DNA of 64,000 bases. Origin: Blastocladiella emersonii ATCC 22665 (lineage: Eukaryota > Fungi > Blastocladiomycota). The translations under genes were made by a program, and so were the position numbers. Where the stretch lies: positions 806,001-870,000 of the forward strand of contig JANHCV010000005.1 of the NCBI GenBank assembly GCA_025594325.1, written 5' to 3'. Shown here piece by piece: positions 49,345 through 59,489 of this stretch (within the stretch, counting starts at the first letter, position 1; each line of letters begins with the position of its first letter). The notes beneath the pieces are model-generated. The model had not been told where the DNA came from, did not search any database, and worked only from the letters and a program-made list of their open reading frames with translations.

Positions 49345-52300
49345 GTGGAGATTCCCAAGACCATGGCCGCGCTGTTCCTGCACACAGCGACCGCCGGGAT
49401 CTTCTCGCACAAGTTCGCGCCGCTGCTACTGTACCAGGCGATGTGGTGGCTCGACCTCACGGGCGTCACTGCTGACGAGGTGACCGAGCAGGGTGTCGAG
49501 TGCATCGCGAGCACCATCAGCGTCAACAGCAAGCCAATGCTCAACGTCGCGCTGCACGACTACGTGTTCCGCCCGCCCGAGCTCGAGAACCTGTCGTGGT
49601 ACGAGCTTATCTCCTCGTGGTCGCGCGTCAACATGCCGCCGAAAATGCGCGAGGTCCTCGTCAACGGCGGGCGCGTCGTGCCCGCGCAAGCAGAACTTGG
49701 ACCAGCTGCCGACATGCCGCCCGGCACGAGGCTGTCCTTCATGGCCGACCACCCGCTGGCCAAGACGCACGACCTGCTCAAGAACAACGTCAACGTCATG
49801 CCCAAGATCGCCGGGCCGCACATGCCCGACCTGCGCAAGTTTGGCGACGTGCCCAGGTCCAAGGAAAAAGTACTTGCGCATGGCGCTGCTGCTGCTCCGC
49901 CATTTCCGCGTCTCGAGTGACAATCTCGACGAGAACGACTCGGCGATCGCCAAGTTCAAGGCGTTCAAGGAGGGCCTCCAACCCGGCGACCTGGCGCTCA
50001 ACCACCTCGAGTACGCCCAGGGGTACTACTTCAGTCTCGACGGTGCGCGCGCGTACCGTGAGTGCCGCGATCGCGAGAACGCCGAGCTCTCGGCCAGGCT
50101 GTCGCAGGAGGAGCGCGGCGAGCTGTTCGTTCCATCTGGCGACAGCGACCGCAACGCGTCAAGCTCGCGCGCTAAGGCGACCGCCACCGAGGACCCGACT
50201 GCAGAATGGACCATGTTCACTCAGTCGCAGCAGGACATTGCCCTCGATCCGGTCATTGCCGACAACGCCATGAACGGTGCTGGCGCCGAGGTCGCGCCCA
50301 CCGTTAGCGAGCAGAACTTCAAGCTGGTAATCGACGCGCTGGTCCCTGGTGCTGCTGCAGACCTGGTCGACCACCTGCGCCTCCCTCCAGTGCGCCCGTT
50401 CGACGTCAAGGCGGCCGTCCCACCGACGACGCTCAAGGAGCCCATCTCGGCGAACACGCTGAAAAGGTTCCTGGCGCAGCACCGCAGCGCCGCATCTGCA
50501 GCGCCGGCCGCTGCTGGAACAGCTCCTGTCGCTCCGCAAGGCGGGCAGTCGCCGCTCGTCGGCGCGTCAACCACGTCAGACGCTGCTGCTGAGTCGCAGA
50601 TCAGCGTCGATCCCGAAAACGTCATTGAGGACATTCCAGAAGCTCCAGAAGTACCCGCCGCCGACTTTTGGCGCGGTACCTTCGCCGCGAGATCAACGGA
50701 ATCTGCAGCGAAGCGCAAGCGGTTCCTCGTCATGAAGGCTGCGGACTCGCTCAACAACTTTGACCACGCGACTCGCGGCAAGGAGTGGACGGAGGCGGAG
50801 CAGCGCACCAAGCGCACGCCCGCGTAGGCGAGCCCCGCGCAGGTTTCGCTCAAGTTCAACCTGACCAAGGAGCAGCACCGCGCGTTCGTGCTCTTCCTCA
50901 TGCCGCTCATCGCCACGTTCATCGGCGGCGACAGCGGTGTCGCCGAGGCCGCCGCGTCATCGGATCCAGGCGCCCTCGCGTCGGGCCGCGACCGGCCAAA
51001 CGCACCAGCTCTCGCCTCGCTTCCGCCCATGAGCAAGGATCGCTCGCCGATCATTCTCACAGGCTCGGGCGGCACGGGCAAGTCGCGCGTCATTGACGCG
51101 ATCCGGTAGTTTCTCGCGTCCTGGAACCGCGAAAAGTGCATGATGGTCATGGCCATGACGGGCATCGCTGCCGCCAACATTGGCGGTACCACCATCCACG
51201 CCGCGTTCCAGCTCTCGCTCAAGGGGGAGAGTCTCAGCCCCGACATCAAGCGCATCCGCACCGACTCTGCTGTCGCCAGCGCGTGGCAAGGACGTCACGC
51301 CGTGATCATCGACGAGTTCTCCATGTGCGACGCGCAGCTGCTCGGACGGGTCGACGCGAGCCTTCGCGACCTGCGTCGGTGCGACGAGCCGTTTGGCGGC
51401 TGCATCGTCATGCTCGCCGGCGACCATTTGCAGCTTCCACCAGTGAACGGCACGGCGCTGTTCCAGCTACCCGAGGTGCTCGACGATGCGCCAGACTCGT
51501 TCTTCAAGCGGCTGCTCGCGTACGACACCACTGGCGCGAAAAAAAAGAGCACTCGGGCCAGCTCGCGTACTGGCGCGCGCGACGTGTCGTTCGACTCGTG
51601 CGCAGCAACCGGTTCGTCAACGACCCATCATGGGGCAGGTGTCTCGACGCGTTCCGCCTCGACAAGGCCCCCGACGAGCTGCGCCGCCTGCTCGACTCGC
51701 GCACGGCCGCTCGCCTGCGCCAGCTGAGCGACGACCAGGGCAACAACGCGCTCGAGAAGATCCTCCAGACGCGCGAGCTCACAGTCATTGCGCCCGACAA
51801 CTACACGCGTCACACCTTCAACCTGCTGTACACGCGGCTCGCCGCTGCGGACCCAGAACGCGTCGTGTTTCAGATCAAGGCCAGCATCACGCGCAAGAAG
51901 GAGCGAAACGGCGCAACCGTCCGCCTCCCGACTGGCGAAAGGGACCTGTTCCGTCTCGCCGAGGAGCCCCACTCGATCACTCGTTTGCCAACCATCCTCG
52001 AGGTCTTTGTCGGCATGGAAGTGCGCGTCAAGGTCAACCAGTGCGTCGAGAAGGGGTGCGCGAATGGCGCTATCGGCGTCGTGCACCACATCGACTGGTT
52101 TCCGGGCACGACGTTTACCGAGGCCGGCTCGCGCATGTAGTGCCCATCGCGGGAGCCACATACTGTGTGGATCAACCTGCCCGACGCGCCACCTGGCCCT
52201 CAGTTTCCTGGCATGCCGGCCGATTGGCCAGACACGGTCATCCCGCTCGCCATGCAATCGGACGACTTTCTCTACAAGGAGGGCGGTATGACGTCGCGCG

Positions 52301-52902
52301 AGCGAACCGAACCCAAGAAACCCGAGTCCAGCGCACTGTGCGCCAAGATGGTCAAGAACTTCGATACTCACAAGCAGTACAAGGACCACGAAAAGGTCAA
52401 GATCAAGCAGTTCCCAATCGTGCCCGCCTTTGCGATGACGGTGCACGGGGTCCAAGGCGTGACCAAGAACGCCATCATCTTGACGGATCCGTGCCCAGCC
52501 GGCTCGTCTGGATCGATCAACGGGTCGTCGCTGTACGTTGCGCTCTCGCGGCTCCGCGAGAGCGCGTTTCTGTGGGTTCTCCATCCGATCCCGGACAGCG
52601 TGTACGACGCCATGGTCCCTGATCCGCGGGCCGTGGCCGAAGACTTGCGACTCCAGGCGCTAGACGTGTTGACCAAGGGCGCGTTCGCTCACGGACAAAT
52701 CGTTGCGCAAAACCACCCCCGAGTCGCGGAGCTCTTTTGCCACGCGATGCAAGAGCACCGCCAGATCAAGAGCGACAAGGGGGCGAAGCAGAAGGCGCGC
52801 GACCAAGAGTACTCAAGGCGGTATCGCGAGCGTAGGCGCGAGCAGAAGCGCGCTCCAGAATTGCATGAGCAGCGGCGGAGCAAGAGGCTTCGCGAGATTT
52901 AA
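49345..52902 (+). pseudogene. Helitron-type Rep-Hel remnant: post-Rep region plus Pif1 (SF1B) helicase; HUH domain missing
   Basis: EIPKTMAALFL..SHKF, DHPLAKTH, LTKEQHRAF, GSGGTGKS, AMTGIAAANIGGTTIH, IIDEFSM, GDHLQLPPV, NGAIG, QFPIVPAFAMTVHGVQG, YVALSR. In-frame TAGs at 50825, 51107 and 52138; frameshifts near 49865 and 51540. Confidence 0.88.
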
Positions 52903-53295
52903 TGTAAGATTCCATTTGTAGTGTTATAAAGTATACTTAGCTGCTTTCAATTATTTTGGTGTGTGATGGGAACAGAGATGCGACTCCATAATGACGCGCG
53001 ACTGTCAGCGGTACAAAACCTCCCGCGTGTGCCGTGCTCCAACGTGGCGGAGGGCTTTAGCCCTCGATTGAAGACCAGACGCGAAGAGTCTAGGTGGTTC
53101 AAGTAAAATTTGACCATTACGTTTGCAAAACGTCGACTGCACAGAGAGGGACGCGTCGCGAAATCACGCCACATCCACGTGCACATGATGAGCCGAGACA
53201 GCCCCGGCTTCGGCGGCGGCCTGTGGCGGCGTGATCGATCGCAGCTGAGAGACCTCCCCCTCCCAGATGTGTCTTCCCCTCGCGAAGTGCTACCC

Positions 53296-55866
53296 ATGGA
53301 CTTGATGCAATCTGATGAAAATGCCATGGATAGGCCAGGCCTCGCTCGGCTCCCGGTGGAATTGATGAGCATGGTTCTCCAGCTTGTGGAGCCGCGCTCA
53401 ATGATTGGAACCGCTTCAGCTTTCCTCTACACTTCCGTCTTGGATCAGCCTGGTATATGCCCGGACCGAGTCCTGCAAGCAAGCGGTACCTGGGCGATGC
53501 GCTGACTCGGCTCATCCACGTCCATCATCACTGGCCGGAAGGAAAGCGCACCCCGAGCACGGAGCTGCCGTTTGACTATACTCCTGCTCTCCGGCACATC
53601 ATCTTCCCTCTCGCTACGCACATGTGTCGCCGCACCCGATCAAGCGACCTGGAACCAGAGACTTTTGGCCGAGCCCTGGAAGACTCTTTCCTAGAGCAGA
53701 CTAGTTCGGTGCTCTTGAGTCCCGCCGCCGCGCGAGCCCGGCTCCTTGTCGCTGGTGTTTGCTTCGGATGGACCGATTTTCTGCGCCAAGCCCTCAATTT
53801 CGTGGATGCAAACTGTCGCCCGCTCCTCGACACTCGCTTGGATCTTGCAGATTGGCCGCTTTGTGTACAGGAATCCAGATTCACATCGGCCAATTTTGAT
53901 CAGCTCACAGACGTACCTGTACTCCCGTTGCGATTCGTCGACGCGCTCGCCTACTACTCTGTTGTTGCGTGGCGGGTTCCAAGCTTCCAATTGATGCTCC
54001 CCCAATCTCGGTACGGAGTTGATCCAGCGGCTTTAACGACCTTGCTTTGCAACATTTGACCAACGGGGTTCGCACTTCAAGAAACCGTGTACTCGGGTGG
54101 CCAAGGCAACGCGAACGAGGCTATCGAGATCTTCGTGTGGATTTTCGAGCACAGCTCTTCAATGCCTGTGTCGGTTCGCGAAGCCTATGTACACACGGCC
54201 GTCTCACTGGGCCACCGTTTATTCATCCCGCTGCTCAAGCAACTCCCGAACATTGTCAAGGGGGGGGGGCACTTCGGTACCGCCCAGGCATCATGGACTT
54301 TGTCATCGAGGGCTGGTGGTTGCCTGATCCTGCTTCACTTGGCGAGGACAGGGAGTCCTACTATCACCTTGGTGACAGCATCACCCGCTGGTACAACGAG
54401 TCCAGCTTTTCTGTGGACGACCTTGCGTTTTTGGATCAGCACGGCTTGATTGCATCCAAGTGGTGGTATTATTTGATTGGTATTGCAATCACGCGACGCG
54501 ACTTTGACCTTATTGGCCGCGTCTTTGACCAACACACGCTCCAGCCGCGGCAGAAAATGCTCCTTGCAGGTACTGGACTCTGCTATTCCACCTCGGTGCT
54601 GGAATCTTAGCTGACGTACGATTCCACAGCATATAGCGAGGGCCTCTGTTGAGGCAGGGATCACGGCTCAACGATGTGTATTCGAAGTCCCCTCCTCGCT
54701 AGCGGAGTCCCGCTGGGTTATGTACAGCGGCGCCGGCGGACGCGTTGGTGCGCGCCGGGGGCGGTGAGAGACGCGACACGCGTCCTGGCTCGGGGCCTCG
54801 TGCGGCCGCGTGAGGGACGCGTGATCACGCGTCTGTCTCACGCGGGCTGCGAGACAGGCCAGCTGAGGTCAGGACCGGACCCCGAATCCTAACAGCCTCG
54901 ACGAGTATGGGATGTTAATCTACGGCGTTTCTAAGCCCGTACTCCGATTTGCGCTTGTACTCAGTCGTCACCGCGGCGGCGCCAGTGATACTCAGCTTAC
55001 TTTTGGTAGCTTTGCCAAGGTTTGCAGCTCGGACGAGAGCTATTCGTATGATGAAGATGGCGACAATGAAGCAAGCGAGGATGGTGACGAGCCGGACGTG
55101 CTCTCGCAGTGGGATTTTCTCGTCTCAACGGATGTTCGTGCTGTGCTTGCCGAGGTCCTTGACTGTACCGCCTTGAGCGACGCAGATGAACGTAGCACCT
55201 GGTTGACAGCTCTCAGCGTGACCAAGGTTGTTGCCGCCGCCGCTCGAGGGGACTCTGGTGAGTTGGACTGGATCGAGCGCAGCGCGAAAAATAACGACGC
55301 CGCTCACGTCCTTCTTCGCGCCTATATTCGAGCTCTTTTCCCACCCGTCGCTCATTCGACGGCCGAGGGTCATTCTTGCATCAAACGCGACGATCTGGCA
55401 AGCCATTGCAGCGATTGTCCGTTCGAGGGCCAGCAGCTCTGGCGCAGTCTCTTGGAGCTGCTGCTGTGCACCCCAGACAATCTCGAGTCGCTTCTTCCAC
55501 CTTTAAGTGACGTCTGGTCGCGCCTATCAAGACTGCTCCGCGATGATGCTACCGAGTGCACCAACGACCAATCGCCATGCGACCAGTTGGCATCCGTCCA
55601 GCTTGCTGTTCGCGTCCTTATTACGAGTGACGCCGAGCGACTGATCGACATGCTTCGATGCGAGGTCGGCCTTGGCCAGGTTTCGCTTGACGCCTTGCGT
55701 TTGATTCCCGACGGCGCGCTGGACGATCTCGTGGCACCGGAAACGCTATCCGACCTCTTCATCAAGATTTTCGCTGATTCCGACGTTGATCCTGCTCGCG
55801 CTGACCGGGAACTTGCGCGGATTGCGCCAAAAAAAGGCGGCCGAGATGATTAAACGCGTGAAGTAA
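53296..55866 (+). pseudogene. F-box-like family, long type, copy 3 (61-nt deletion, TGA at 54057, G10 and A7 frameshifts, solo-LTR insertion; intron 54570-54629)
   Basis: Colinear with copy 2, including a phase-1 intron at the same position. Confidence 0.8.
54647..54894. mobile_element. Solo LTR, 248 bp, TGTT...AACA termini, 5-bp TSD GCCTC
   Basis: TSD at 54642-54646 and 54895-54899; removing the insertion restores the reading frame (AYSEGL|DEYGMLIYGVSK). Confidence 0.85.
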
Positions 55867-56110
55867 CGCACTTGTCGCAAATCGACCGTTCCGTTGATGA
55901 ATTGGGGATTGATACATGTTCCTTGGTTTCCCTGCAAGCGCTTTTCACTCGTTGACTCGCGTCTTAATAGCGTTCGGAGAGGACGGTGGGATGAAGTGCG
56001 GTCGGCCGCGCCGCGCGTTGGCGCGTCGTTCACATCCCGTGCGCTCGCTCCCACGGCCTGCCGTCCCTTGCTCACCACCAGCCCATGAACCTGCTGCAAC
56101 TTCCGCAAAA

Positions 56111-57124
56111 ATGCTGTCCATGAGCGACTTCAAAGTACTCGAGCGTCTCGGCGAGGGCGCACACGGCGTCGTAGTCCGCGCTCGCGAGCTGTCCACAGGC
56201 CGCACCGTGGCGCTCAAGAAAGTCGGCGTGAAGCCGCACCAGACGCTGCCACTGGCCATCTTCCGCGAGATCAAGGCGCTGCAGCACCTGGACCACCCGA
56301 ACATTATCGCGCTCGACCACGTCTTTGCGCATGGCAGCGCGTTTACGCTGTGCTTTGAGTACCTTCCGCGCGACCTCGCGGGCCTCATCAAGTCGACCCC
56401 CTCAAAGCTTCCGGCGCTGCACGTCAAGACGTGGATGCACATGCTGCTGTCGGGCGTCGAGCACATGCATGCGGTCGGCATCGTGCACCGCGACCTCAAG
56501 CCGGCGAACCTGCTCATCACGGCCGCGGGCACGCTCAAGATTGCCGATTTCGGCCAGGCGCGGCTGCTCCCCCTAGACTCGGACCCACCCGAAGTGCGAT
56601 CCGCGCCGCTCAGCCACCAGGTCGCGACGCGGTGGTACCGGGCGCCCGAGCTGCTGTACGGGGCGCGGCACTACACGCACGCCGTCGACCAGTGGGCCGT
56701 CGGGTGCATCTTTGCCGAGCTGCTCAACGGCGCGCCGCTGTTCCCCGGGCAGAACGATATCGATCAGCTGTACGTCGTCCTGTGCTCGCTCGGCACGCCC
56801 GAGGATGACGAGTGGCCTGTCCGTCTTTCGTGCAGTACGTGATGCGGGTAGCCGTGAGCTGACTCGCGCTGGGGAGTGTAGGACCGCACGTCGCTGCCCG
56901 ACTACCACAAGATTCACTTTCCTCCCTTCCCCAAGAAGAGCATGGCGGACCTGGTGCCCGACGTATCGCCGACGACGCTCGACCTCGTGTCGCGGTTCCT
57001 CGCGTACGACGGGCAGCGGCGCATCTCGGCGACGCCGGCGCTCGCACACGCCTACTTTGACACGCCGCCGTTCCCGTGCGACGTGACCATGAACCCGCTG
57101 CCAATGGACATGTTTTCTTCCTAG
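56111..57124 (+). CDS. CDK20: Cyclin-dependent kinase 20 / CCRK (LF2-like)
   Basis: GEGAHG, REIKALQ, VFAHGSAFTLCFE, HQVATRWYRAPELLYGARHY, ELLNGAPLFPGQNDIDQL, LPDYHKI; intron 56819-56881. Confidence 0.88.
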
Positions 57125-57253
57125 TTGTGCCACCGCGAGAGGAGGCAAAGCGCCCGGCCCGGCGGTCGGTGAGTGAAGGACAGGCGCCGCGCCACTCTGA
57201 CGTGACCGCGTCGAGCGAACGGCTTCCGCTCTCCCCCACCGCAACCGAATGCC

Positions 57254-59335
57254 ATGAATTCTGTAACGCTCTTGCTTCTTTGCTTGTTGATACTCGGTGC
57301 AAATGGTCAGACATCTACATCAACACAGTCTGCTGACCCGAGAGCCGGAAGCTGACGAATCGTCCTTGCGCGTCCCTGCCCGCGCAGGCCAGTCGTACCA
57401 GTACCGGTCAATCTACGCCGACCTGCTCGCCTCGCCATGCGTGCGGCTGCTGAACGCTACGGGTGCCGTGGGATGTTCTGGTACGTTCCCAGCCAACTTC
57501 TCCTCGCGCACCCTCGCTCACGTAGCCGCGGTGTTGTAGCGCCGGCAACGGGCGGGATCTTGTACCCCGTCGGTAACGACGCCGAGTTCAAGGAACTCCT
57601 GTCGAGCTCCACGCTCAGCGACACGTACATGGCGGTCCTCCCACTCGAGCTCGTGACGCGGTCGAACATTGCCGCGGCGCGGGCGTCGGGCAAGGTGTCG
57701 GGCTTCGTCGTGACCGAGTCCAAGGCGCGCGACGGGATCGTGTCGCACGACCGCGCGTGTCCCGACTGCGGGCACGCCGCCGTCAAGGGCGACTGGAACC
57801 CGCGCGGGACGGGGCTCGCGCTGGACGACCTGACGGGGTTCCCGATGTTCGCGCTGTTCAACAGCACGCCCGAGATGCAGCGGTCGCTGGCGAGCGTGGT
57901 GTCCGCGGCGGAGCAGAACCGGCAGCGCAAGTTCGCGACGCCGCCGCTGCTTGCCGCGGAGCTCGACGGGTTCATGTCGGGCGTCGACACCGCGGGCGAC
58001 TGCCTGCGCCGCGGCATGTGCAAGCCCATGGGCGGGCAGTCCGTGTACGCGTCGTACTCCAAGGACTGGAAGGACGACCGCGCCGTGGTCCTAATGACGG
58101 CGACGCTCGACGGCAAGGCGCTGTTCCACGACCTCGCGCAGGGCGCCATGGGCAACCTCGCGGGCGTCGCGGCCCAGCTCACGGCGGCTGCCGCGCTCGC
58201 CCCGCTCGACGTGGCCAAGTGGCGCCGGCACATTGCGTTTGCCCTGTTCACGGGCGAGGCGTGGGGCCATATCGGCTCGCGCGCGTTCGTCCGCGACCTC
58301 GCCGAGTACAAGTGCACGCGCCCGCACACGGAGCCGACGGCTGGGTGCCCGTACTACAAGGCGGCGTGCGCCGCGCCGTGTGTCCAGGACGACACGTTTG
58401 CCACGGCGGGGCTCACCCCCAACAAGGTCTCGCACGTCATTGACGCCAACTGGCTCGGCGGCGCTGCTCCCGGAACCGCTCCGCTGGCCCTCCGCGTGTA
58501 CTCGGCGGGCGCGGGCACGCTGGCCGGCGTCAACGCGACGGCCGCGTTCGGGGCGAACGTGACGCTCGCGGACCCGGCGCGCGGTCTCCCGCCATCTCCG
58601 GCCCTCGCGTTCCTCGACCGCAACCCGGCCGTCCGCGCCGTGTCGCTGACGACCGCCGACGGGGCGTACCCGGCCGAGTACGCGACCGAGTACGACGACG
58701 CGGTGGCTGCGGTGAACCGGACCGACACGGCCGCGACTGTGTGCGCAGCGGCGCAGGTGTTGGCGCGCGCCGCGGCGAACCTCGCGAGCGACGGGGCCGC
58801 GCCGGTGCCGGTGGCCAACTGCACGCTCGCGGCGTCGCTGCTGCGGTGCCTCACTGGCGCGGGCGCCGGCGCCGACGCGTGCCCGCTCGGCCTGCGGTTC
58901 CAGTCGAACGCGCGGGTCTCGTCGTACGCGAGCGTGGCCGTTTACGGCGCGCAGCCGGGCTGGCCCGCGCGCGTCGCCGCGACGTTCCTAGCGAACGCGA
59001 CGGCGTACACGCGCGGCAACGCGTGTAACGCGACCGTGCCGTGCACCGAGGCCGGCGCGTCGTGTGTTGGCGGGACGTGTCTCGTGTCCAACACGCACTA
59101 CCACCTCGCGTTCCCGACGGGGCTCAAGGCCGACCCCGAGACCGGCCGGTGGAGCGTCGTGCCCGGCACCAGCGAGCCCGCGTGGACCGAGTCCGACTGG
59201 GACCGCACCGCGCTGCGGATCTACGCCGTGGCGCCCGCGGGCGTCCAGGTCGCGGAGCTGCTCGTCGGGATCGCGGTTGTCGCGGTCACGGCCGCCGCGG
59301 CGTGGGTCGCGCGGAAGAAGGTCAAGCTCGAGTGA
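57254..59335 (+). CDS. NCSTN: Nicastrin-like protein (gamma-secretase subunit)
   Basis: Signal peptide; PCVRLLNATGAVGC; FTGEAWGHIGSRAFV (DYIGS-equivalent); WTESDW motif; single C-terminal TM helix. Two 5' introns. Confidence 0.85.
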
Positions 59336-59489
59336 TATGCGTGTGGAATATACGGTGGATCGTTCCCGAAGCATGGCGACGGTGTCCGTGACATCACTTG
59401 AGCAGAGTCAACACCGCCGCCGTCTCGCCTGCGCCACACTGGGCCGCCGACAGCTGCGAGACGTGCCGATCGCGACGACAAAGTAGCGC

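Larger units (their letters stand above)
48133..53109 (+). mobile_element. Helentron/HLE2-like rolling-circle element, internally deleted and decayed (boundaries approximate)
   Basis: Perfect 19-bp palindromic inverted repeats at 48140-48158 and 53050-53068; stem-loop at 53068-53102; internal Rep-Hel remnant with a Pif1 helicase. Confidence 0.7.

Noticed and set aside
49345-52902. Stop-codon reassignment (TAG as Gln, as in some aphelids) to explain the in-frame TAGs
   Set aside because: Conserved host genes (S1/P1 nuclease, GCD7, CDK20) end in TAG at their expected C-termini, and the same elements also carry frameshifts.
53050-53093. Canonical Helitron 3' end (hairpin plus CTAG at 53090)
   Set aside because: The hairpin-to-CTAG distance is about 24 nt, CTAG is followed by G rather than T, homology to the 11.5-kb copy extends past it, and an inverted copy at 48140 fits the Helentron model better.
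54670-54895. The insertion in copy 3 as a second intron (CTAACAG end)
   Set aside because: TG...CA termini with a flanking GCCTC duplication and exact frame restoration identify it as a solo LTR.
8790-55900. A single giant mobile element (Starship- or Polinton-like) spanning the islands
   Set aside because: No captain tyrosine recombinase, DNA polymerase B, integrase or capsid genes, no matching terminal repeats or TSD, and housekeeping genes lie between the islands.
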